A stretch of 64,000 nt of DNA from Candidatus Latescibacterota bacterium (GTDB lineage: Bacteria; Latescibacterota; UBA2968). Below the pieces are notes generated by a model. It was not told the origin of the DNA and did not search any database. It saw only the letters and a list, made by a program, of their open reading frames with translations. The stretch spans positions 480,001-544,000 of the forward strand of contig OZ242320.1 in NCBI GenBank assembly GCA_965208125.1, read 5' to 3'. Of the stretch, positions 56,703-64,000 are shown piece by piece. The position numbers and the translations under genes are program-made. Every line of letters starts with the position of its first letter. The first letter of the stretch is position 1.

Positions 56703-57953
56703 ATGATGTTGCAGCGTATATCGGTTATACTCGGAATTCTAATTCTTCTCTGGGCGTTTTCGGGGTGCAGTGAAGAAGCCACTGCTGACAAGGCATCTTC
56801 TGATAGCACGGCAAAGACCAGTTCTGCCAAAGCTGATTCTGCCAAAACTGATTCTGCCAAAGTTGCCGCAAGGAAGCAGCGCACCAAACAACCGAATCCA
56901 AAGGCCAAAAAGCAACCAAATCCCAGGCGCCAAAATCAAAAACCGAGAGTCGCCGAAGGGGTACCCGTAAAAGTATCTGTCGTGGGAACGGGCAAAATCT
57001 CCCAGCACGTGCTCTATAGCTCCGCAGTAGAAGCCGAAGAAACCATCGATATTTACGCGCGAGGCTCCGGATTGGTGCGGCGCGTACTGGTCGAAGAAGG
57101 AGAGCGTGTGCGCGAGGGCCAGGTGCTGATCGAACTGGTTGACGACGAATTAAAGCTCAACGAAGCCGAGGCAAAATTGGCGTATCAGAAGCTGGAAAGT
57201 CAGCTCAAACGAAAAGAAGAGTTATTTAACCGACAACTCCTGGCAAAAGAAGAATACGAAGACCTCAAAATCAATGTTGAACAGAGCAAAATTCGGTGGG
57301 AACGCGCCCGATTATCCCTCGATTACGCGCGCGTGCGTGCGCCGGTAAGCGGAGTCATATCAAGACGCTCGGTCAAGCTGGGCGACCGCATTGGTGCCAG
57401 CACAAAGCTCTACGAAATGGTCAACTTGAGTCGCTTGATCGCGTATGTACACGTGCCGGGACAGGGCATGCACAATTTGGCGGTTGGACAGCCTGCACTC
57501 ATAACAACAGATTTCTTACCCGGTACAAAATTTGAAGGAAAAATATTGCGTATCAGTCCAGTGGTCGATCCCAATACAGGTACATTTAAAGTAACTCTGG
57601 AACTGAAATCAAAGAATCGGCTGCTGCGACCAGGCATGTTTGTCAATGCACACATCGTCACAGCGACCCACCCCCATGCTGTCCTCGTACCCAAGCGAGC
57701 TGTGGTGTACGACGACGGCATGCCGCATGTATTTGTCGTATCGGACAGCACAGTCAATAAAGTGCGCTTTGAAATGGGTTTTGACGACACCGAATTTGTC
57801 GAGGCGCTCGCGGGCGTAAAAAAAGGCGATCAGATAGTCGTGGTGGGACAAAACGGTTTGAAGGATAAAGCCAAAGTGCGAATCATCGAAGGTGAAGGTT
57901 TGCGCATTCCCGCGAAGCCCGACTCAACTGAGGAACAAGCAGAGAAGACGTGA
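56703..57953 (+). CDS. RND efflux membrane fusion protein (lipoprotein)
   Basis: Lipobox FSGC, V.EGERV.EGQ.L, RAPVSGVI, ISPVVDP.TGT, LRPGMFV. Confidence 0.93.
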   Translation: MMLQRISVILGILILLWAFSGCSEEATADKASSDSTAKTSSAKADSAKTDSAKVAARKQRTKQPNPKAKKQPNPRRQNQKPRVAEGVPVKVSVVGTGKISQHVLYSSAVEAEETIDIYARGSGLVRRVLVEEGERVREGQVLIELVDDELKLNEAEAKLAYQKLESQLKRKEELFNRQLLAKEEYEDLKINVEQSKIRWERARLSLDYARVRAPVSGVISRRSVKLGDRIGASTKLYEMVNLSRLIAYVHVPGQGMHNLAVGQPALITTDFLPGTKFEGKILRISPVVDPNTGTFKVTLELKSKNRLLRPGMFVNAHIVTATHPHAVLVPKRAVVYDDGMPHVFVVSDSTVNKVRFEMGFDDTEFVEALAGVKKGDQIVVVGQNGLKDKAKVRIIEGEGLRIPAKPDSTEEQAEKT

Positions 57954-57990
57954 TGAGGTATCTTGTGTTTACCCGTCGTGATGTGAAAAT

Positions 57991-58035
57991 AGCGAATCGC
58001 AGACTTAATATGTGGGCGGTTCGCTGATTTTTTTT
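57991..58035 (+). terminator. Hairpin plus T-tract between the MFP and RND genes
   Basis: AGCGAATCGC...GCGGTTCGCT then GATTTTTTTT. Confidence 0.55.
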
Positions 58036-58049
58036 ATGCGGAGCGATAC

Positions 58050-61000
58050 ATGCAGAACAATGTGGAATCGGAAGCTCGGGACAATGTAAAACGGAACTTT
58101 TCTCACACATTTGAGATTACGACCCGGCGGCCCGTAGCGATTTTTATGGTGGTCCTGGCCGTTGCCGTATTTGGCTATGTGTCTTATCAGCAACTGCCGC
58201 TAAATATGATGCCCGACATTTCATATCCAACGCTAACAGTGCGTACCGAATATCCCGATACCGCGCCCGAGGAAGTTGAAAATTTGATCTCAAGGCCAAT
58301 TGAACAGCGCCTGGGGGTCGTGAGCAACCTCGTAAGCATTACATCGATTTCCAGACCTGGCCTGTCCGATGTGATTTTGGAATTTGGCTGGGATACCGAT
58401 ATGAATGACGCCGTGCAAACAGTGCGCGAAAACCTCGACCGTCTCAATTTGCCGCGCGGTGTCAATCGCCCGTTGATCTTGCGCTACGACCCCACGCAAG
58501 ATCCGATAATGCGCGTGGGGATTTACGGCAACGAGAATATGTATGCGCTGCGCTATATTGCCGAAGAAGAAATCAAGCAAGAACTGGAGGCACTCAAAGG
58601 CGTAGCCGCAGCGCGTGTGAAAGGCGGACTCGAAGAAGAGATTCGGGTTGAAATCAGCGAACGGCAATTGGCGCTGATGGGCCTCAATATCAACACCATC
58701 AACCGGCGGTTACAAGAGGAAAATGTCAACCTGGCTGGCGGCAGCTTGTTGGATGGACAGACACAGTACCTCGTGCGTACGCTAAATGAATTTCGCACCA
58801 TTGACGAAATTGCCAATCTGGTAGTAGGCGACCGCAACAATATTGAAATTCGGGTAAAGGATGTGGGGCGGGTTTATCGCACGCACAAAGAGCGGGAGAT
58901 CATCACGCGGGTCAATGGTGTAGAAAGTGTAGAAATCGAAATTTTTAAGGAAGCCGACGCCAATATCGTGGCGACAGCACAGCGCGTGCGCGACCGCCTG
59001 TTTGGTACACCCGAACAATTGGAATACATAGAAAAACTCAAAGCGGGTGAAATTGAAGAAGCCAAAGCCAATGACCGGCGGGAACAGGTGCGACAATTTG
59101 TACAGCTAAAAGAGATGACGAGTTTTATCGCCTTTACATTGCCCGAAGGCGTGGCTATGGAACTGCTGTCCGATCAATCCACATTTATTGAATCATCGGT
59201 CAATGAGGTCAAGCAAACCGCGCTGATAGGCGGGTTATTGGCGATACTGGTCCTGTACATATTCCTTCGCAATCCATCTCACACGGCTATTGTGGGACTC
59301 GCCATCCCAATTTCAATTGTGGCGACATTTGCCCCTATGAACATTTTTGGCGTATCCCTGAATATCATGTCTCTGGGCGGGTTGGCACTCGGTATTGGAA
59401 TGCTGGTTGACAATGCCATTGTCGTATTGGAAAGCATTTTTCGATGTCGCGAAGAAGGCGACGATATGATTTCAGCCACCATCCGGGGGACCGGAGAAGT
59501 CGGCGGGGCGGTTTTTGCATCCACGCTGACAACTGTGGCGGTATTTTTTCCCATTGTATTTGTCGAAGGCGTGGCCGGACAGATTTTTGGCGATATGGCA
59601 CTAACCGTTGTGTTTTCACTCCTGGCGTCTCTGGGCGTCGCACTATTTTTCATTCCCATGCTGGCTTCTCGGCAAGTGCATTTGTCACGCGGTGATAGCG
59701 AAGAACAGGGCGGGCGTCTGATGCAGTCTGAAGTATTGCAGTTGCGTTCGGTCACGTGGTTCCTCGAGGGCATGGGCCTGAAAAAAAGAGGCGAAAACGC
59801 ACTTAAATATCACGCCATGAATTCTCGCACGCTGTTGATGCGCGTACCAACCGGCTTTGCCTACTTGTTAGGCGAATACGTCATTCGCACATTGTGGCTT
59901 GCAAGTGTAATCGCTATCGTAGCACTCAAAGCCGTATTTACCGTATTGGCGGTTCTTCTATACCCCATTATCTATCCCGGATGGGGATTTTATTGTTGGC
60001 TCGGTTCTGGACCATTATGGCGTCGGGAAATAAATCGCCTGTGGAGATCTTTGTGCGCCTGGACTGAGGAGCGCGACCTGTTTGGCAAAGCATGGGTGCG
60101 GATAATATGGGACGATTTGCTGGCATTTGTGACACCTCAAAATTTGGGACGCGACCTGAGTGTGCAAACGAAATGGACAGGCAGGACATTGAAGCGTCTG
60201 TTCGGCTGGGTTTGGAAACGCGCGGTCTGGAAGCGCGTCCTGGCAATCGCGCCCGTGCTCCTGGCCGCGATAGGTCTTTTGTTGCTATTTGTTCTCGGCG
60301 CAGTTTATTTTCTTCTTCGATTCCTGATCTTTACCACACTCATCCTGGTCGGCAAAATATTGATTTTAACGCTCATGTTTGTGTTTTTAACCGGATTGGT
60401 TGCATTGCTGGTGGTCGCTCTTGTCTTGTTGCCCCTCCTCGCGCCAGTGCTATTTTTGTTTGAGCGCGGTTTTGCAGCCATTCGACGCGCTTACACGCCT
60501 TTTATCCGCTGGGCTTTGCACAACAGACTGAGCATTATAGCGGGTGCTGTGGTACCTTTTGCAATATGCTGGATGGTCTTGTTGCCCCGATTGGGCAATG
60601 AATTGATCCCGCAGGTACATCAGGGCGAATTTAATGTGGATATTGGTTTACCCGTGGGCACGCCGCTTGAAATGACCGACGAAACCCTGAAACTCATCGA
60701 ATCGCGGGTGATGGATGCATATGATGTGGGCGCGGTTTCTTCGACAATCGGTGTGGATAAAACCGACATCGCATCGTCTGATCAAGGCGAGCACACCGGG
60801 GTTGTTTCTGTAGTACTGGAGGATATCGAAACAGAAGGACGAGAAAATGTACTGGCGAGTTGGGGACAGGACCTGCTGACATTGCCCATACGTATTTGGG
60901 GCGGCATTAGAGGGGAAAGCGTTTTGGCACAGCGCGAAGACGCATTGATGACTGATTTGCGAAACAGGCTCTCGGATTTGCCGCAGGTAAAAGCCGATTT

Positions 61001-62090
61001 TTCACGCCCCGCACTATTTAGTTTTAAGACGCCTATAGAGGTGGAAATCCGCGGTTATGATTTGCCAACACTGACCCAATTGGGGCGTGAAGCCGAGCGG
61101 GTGATGAGCGAAATTCCCGGACTTTACGACGTGAAATCGAGCCTTCAGCGCGGTAACCCTGAAGTGCAAATCGTCTATAAGCGCGACTTATTGGCCAAAT
61201 ACAACTTAAATGTGCGTCAGGTCGCCTCGCTGGTGCGCGAAAAAGTACAGGGCAATGTGGTAACGCGATTTCGGGAAGCCGACCGGCGTATTGATGTGCT
61301 GGTACGCGTAGATGAAGCCGACCGCGCCGGAGTAACTGAGTTGCGTCGGCTGGTGGTGAACCCGGGGCGACAGCAAGTGCCCATTCGCCTATCTGCGGTG
61401 GCCGACATCGAAGTACACGAAGGGCCCAGTGAAATTCGGCGTATAGATCAACAGCGCGCGGTTCTGATTTCAGCCAATGTGAGCGGTATAGACCTGGGAA
61501 CGATGACCGCTATGATTCAGCAAGCATTGGAAACAATGGAAGTTCCCCAGGATGTATCAATGGTCATTGGCGGGCAAAACAAGGAAATGGAGACATCTTT
61601 GAACAGTTTGACCTTTGCATTGGGTCTCGCAATTTTTCTCGTGTACATCGTAATGGCCTCGCAATTTGAATCATTTCTCCATCCATTCGTAATTATGTTT
61701 AGCATTCCCCTGGCACTGATTGGCGTAATTGTCATTTTGTTCCTCACCGGTATATCCCTTTCCGTAGTGGTCTTTTTGGGCGTTATCATGCTGGCGGGCA
61801 TTGTCGTAAACAATGCCATCGTACTCGTAGATTATATCAACCACCTGCGGCGCAGTGGAATGTCTAAATTGGAAGCAATTGTCCAGGCTGGCGAAGTGCG
61901 GTTGCGCCCCATCTTGATGACCACATCGACAACTGTGCTGGGATTATTGCCCATGGCACTCGGCCTGGGCGATGGCGCAGAAATCCGCACGCCAATGGCG
62001 ATCACCGTCGTGGCCGGACTAATCAGTTCCACACTTTTGACACTGGTAATTATACCAACCGTATATTCTCTAATGGATCGCAGCCAGTAG
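58050..62090 (+). CDS. AcrB/AcrD/AcrF-family RND permease, enlarged (1346 aa)
   Basis: RRPVA, PEEVE..I..PIE, GMLVDNAIVVLE, ASQFES..HP, GIVVNNAIVLVD, RLRPILMT. Confidence 0.95.
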   Translation: MQNNVESEARDNVKRNFSHTFEITTRRPVAIFMVVLAVAVFGYVSYQQLPLNMMPDISYPTLTVRTEYPDTAPEEVENLISRPIEQRLGVVSNLVSITSISRPGLSDVILEFGWDTDMNDAVQTVRENLDRLNLPRGVNRPLILRYDPTQDPIMRVGIYGNENMYALRYIAEEEIKQELEALKGVAAARVKGGLEEEIRVEISERQLALMGLNINTINRRLQEENVNLAGGSLLDGQTQYLVRTLNEFRTIDEIANLVVGDRNNIEIRVKDVGRVYRTHKEREIITRVNGVESVEIEIFKEADANIVATAQRVRDRLFGTPEQLEYIEKLKAGEIEEAKANDRREQVRQFVQLKEMTSFIAFTLPEGVAMELLSDQSTFIESSVNEVKQTALIGGLLAILVLYIFLRNPSHTAIVGLAIPISIVATFAPMNIFGVSLNIMSLGGLALGIGMLVDNAIVVLESIFRCREEGDDMISATIRGTGEVGGAVFASTLTTVAVFFPIVFVEGVAGQIFGDMALTVVFSLLASLGVALFFIPMLASRQVHLSRGDSEEQGGRLMQSEVLQLRSVTWFLEGMGLKKRGENALKYHAMNSRTLLMRVPTGFAYLLGEYVIRTLWLASVIAIVALKAVFTVLAVLLYPIIYPGWGFYCWLGSGPLWRREINRLWRSLCAWTEERDLFGKAWVRIIWDDLLAFVTPQNLGRDLSVQTKWTGRTLKRLFGWVWKRAVWKRVLAIAPVLLAAIGLLLLFVLGAVYFLLRFLIFTTLILVGKILILTLMFVFLTGLVALLVVALVLLPLLAPVLFLFERGFAAIRRAYTPFIRWALHNRLSIIAGAVVPFAICWMVLLPRLGNELIPQVHQGEFNVDIGLPVGTPLEMTDETLKLIESRVMDAYDVGAVSSTIGVDKTDIASSDQGEHTGVVSVVLEDIETEGRENVLASWGQDLLTLPIRIWGGIRGESVLAQREDALMTDLRNRLSDLPQVKADFSRPALFSFKTPIEVEIRGYDLPTLTQLGREAERVMSEIPGLYDVKSSLQRGNPEVQIVYKRDLLAKYNLNVRQVASLVREKVQGNVVTRFREADRRIDVLVRVDEADRAGVTELRRLVVNPGRQQVPIRLSAVADIEVHEGPSEIRRIDQQRAVLISANVSGIDLGTMTAMIQQALETMEVPQDVSMVIGGQNKEMETSLNSLTFALGLAIFLVYIVMASQFESFLHPFVIMFSIPLALIGVIVILFLTGISLSVVVFLGVIMLAGIVVNNAIVLVDYINHLRRSGMSKLEAIVQAGEVRLRPILMTTSTTVLGLLPMALGLGDGAEIRTPMAITVVAGLISSTLLTLVIIPTVYSLMDRSQ

Positions 62091-62228
62091 GGACAGACGC
62101 CTGTGCCCACCCGCAGTTATCAGTCCCCATCCCTGCTGTACTCCCCGATTTTTTTCCAATTGACTTTTGGCAACTTTCCATTTTCTTAAACACTTGAAAT
62201 TTTTTTGTGGTAAGGCAAGCAAAAACTC

Positions 62229-62256
62229 GGTAACTTTTTGGGCGTTTTTTCGTCTA
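62229..62256 (+). promoter_or_regulatory. Possible ECF-sigma promoter for the tolC-like gene
   Basis: GGTAAC-N16-CGTCTA resembles the AAC/CGT ECF consensus. Confidence 0.4.
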
Positions 62257-62306
62257 ACCCTTGTAACAACGATAGTCACCTCATTTGTAGCAATATGGAG
62301 ATTTGA

Positions 62307-63680
62307 ATGATGCGTTTTAGATATATCGCAATATTGGCAATTGTCTTTGCCCATGTGAATACAAGTGCCCAGGAAGAGCGACGGGAAATGCGCCTGACGC
62401 TAAATGAGTGTGTGGAGATCGCGCTGACGAGCAGTGCCCAAATTGAGCAATTTAAGTACACGGTTGCGATTGCTGAGACCCAGGTAGATAATGCGCGAAA
62501 TAATTTTTTCCCGACTAATTCTACGATGACCTGGGGGCTCAATCGAAGTGTTCAGGGACCGCGTGAAGGACAAGTTCTGGATCAGACGACCGGTACGCTG
62601 GTGCAGTTATTGGGGGAAGATCGAATTGGTGGTGGGCAGAACTTCAGAATTGGTGGACTGTCAATGCCCATTTATGACGGTCAGATTATCTCCCAGCTAT
62701 CGAGCGCGAAAAACAGTCTGATGCAAACGCAAATGCAACAAGCTGGCACTCGTCAAACGATCATTTTTCAAACCAAACAGCGCTACTTTCTATTGTTACA
62801 AGCCATTAAATTATTGGAAGTCCAGCAAGAGCGCGTACGAGTATCTGAAGAAAGCCTGCGCAGGGCAGAGACATTGTATGAGATTGGGTCCGCGGCAATT
62901 TTACAGGTGACGAATGCAAGATCGAATCTGGCGGGTTTGCGCGCAACCCTGATTCAGCGAGAAAATGCCGTGAGCATCGCTCAGTCAAACCTGGCATTTA
63001 CAATGGGCCTGGGCACAGATGTAGATATTATTCCATCAGAAGAAGAGTTTGAACTTCTGACTCCGAAATATTCTTTTTCTGATGCACTATCTATCGCACT
63101 TGCAGAACACCCCGACATTTTGGGTACCAAGTACAGTATGCTGGCATCCCGAGACACTTATAATGCGACGAGAAAGAGTTTGTACCATCCCAGAATAACG
63201 ATGAGCACGGGTGCTTATAGCTGGAGCATTGGTAAGGATGAGGAATTTGGCGGTATAGAAGACATATTCCTCAAGAACTATAACTATAGTTTTAGTATCG
63301 GCGTGACTATGCCCCTATTTAACTTCAATACGAGCATCAACCTGAAACGTCAAAAGCTACAGTATTTGCGCAGCCAGGAACAGTTAGACCAGGCCAAACG
63401 ACAAAAAGCATTGGACCTTCGACTGCGCTATCTCAACCTGGAGCGCTTTCGGAGATTGATCGAAGCAAATGAAGTGGCAGTACAAGCGGCTGAAGAAAAT
63501 TTTAAGCTGGAAGAAGAGCGATATAATTTTGGCGGGGGAACTTTTCTGGAACGATTGACCGCTCAACGCGATTTGTTTGATGCGCGCAATAATCTCGTGC
63601 AGTCAAAATACAACTATCTGATTGAAATGGCGAATTTGGAAAACGAAGTCGGCACACCTGTTGTCGGAAATCCTGAATAA
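62307..63680 (+). CDS. TolC family outer membrane efflux protein
   Basis: Signal peptide, LTL.ECV..AL, two OEP repeats ('LYEIG', 'EERY..G.GT.LE...AQ..L..A'). Confidence 0.92.
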   Translation: MMRFRYIAILAIVFAHVNTSAQEERREMRLTLNECVEIALTSSAQIEQFKYTVAIAETQVDNARNNFFPTNSTMTWGLNRSVQGPREGQVLDQTTGTLVQLLGEDRIGGGQNFRIGGLSMPIYDGQIISQLSSAKNSLMQTQMQQAGTRQTIIFQTKQRYFLLLQAIKLLEVQQERVRVSEESLRRAETLYEIGSAAILQVTNARSNLAGLRATLIQRENAVSIAQSNLAFTMGLGTDVDIIPSEEEFELLTPKYSFSDALSIALAEHPDILGTKYSMLASRDTYNATRKSLYHPRITMSTGAYSWSIGKDEEFGGIEDIFLKNYNYSFSIGVTMPLFNFNTSINLKRQKLQYLRSQEQLDQAKRQKALDLRLRYLNLERFRRLIEANEVAVQAAEENFKLEEERYNFGGGTFLERLTAQRDLFDARNNLVQSKYNYLIEMANLENEVGTPVVGNPE

Positions 63681-63695
63681 TACGGAGGCGAGTTT

Positions 63696-64000
63696 ATGGG
63701 TATGTTTTATCGAACTGGTGTGGGATTGGTTGCGGCTGCTCTGATCTTGAGCATGGCTGTACCTGCCCAGGCTGTGGGTAAAGACTTTTTGATGCGATCA
63801 AAATTTCACAGCGCGCTGATGTTTGGCCTGGGTGGCGTTCTGGTTAAGCAAGCAGTCGATGCAAAAAAAGAGGCCAATGATGCTTATGATCTTTACAAAC
63901 AAGCCGGTACCTCTGCATTAGCACGAGAATTTTACGATAATTCCAAGCGCCATGACACCCGCGCCGCGGTATTGGGCGTTGCCGGTGGCGCAGCGATTCT
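63696..64000 (+). CDS. Secreted/membrane hypothetical protein, 3'-truncated by the window edge
   Basis: GGAGG RBS; open frame MGMFYRTGVGLVAAALILSMAVPAQA...ANDAYDLYKQA to the window end. Confidence 0.75.
   Translation, partial: MGMFYRTGVGLVAAALILSMAVPAQAVGKDFLMRSKFHSALMFGLGGVLVKQAVDAKKEANDAYDLYKQAGTSALAREFYDNSKRHDTRAAVLGVAGGAAI

Overview
Bacterial chromosomal window of moderate GC with about 50 CDSs and no rRNA, tRNA or CRISPR array that I could see. The gene mix (several PhyH/TauD dioxygenases, HEAT and ankyrin repeats, beta-propellers, ceramidase-like hydrolase) resembles Latescibacterota/Poribacteria-type genomes, but that is inference only. Housekeeping genes (mnmA, pheA, HDAC family, LutB-CCG fusion, EndoQ-UvrD fusion, PBP1A, GalU, GGT, Mrp, an RND-TolC pump) are interleaved with accessory islands. 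The highlight is at 14.6-26.8 kb. A giant Ser/Thr kinase-AAA-TPR-GAF-sigma54 activator is followed by three near-identical palindromic enhancer-like sites, a consensus sigma54 promoter, an unannotated 59-aa single-Cys acidic peptide, an RRE-containing radical SAM/SPASM maturase and a terminator. This is a candidate undescribed, signal-gated RiPP system. A second notable locus (33.5-36.6 kb) has an Rpn-family nuclease with a strong intragenic ribosome-binding site (RpnS-like antitoxin) and a separate paralogous C-terminal-only gene. Next to it is an HNH nuclease cassette bracketed by duplicated terminators. Also present are a GIY-YIG-like/DUF6884-like pair with an in-frame TGA, TA remnants, an IS3 end fragment, heptamer repeats and an RND permease with a large membrane insertion. 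Family calls come from motif recognition by eye; no searches were run.
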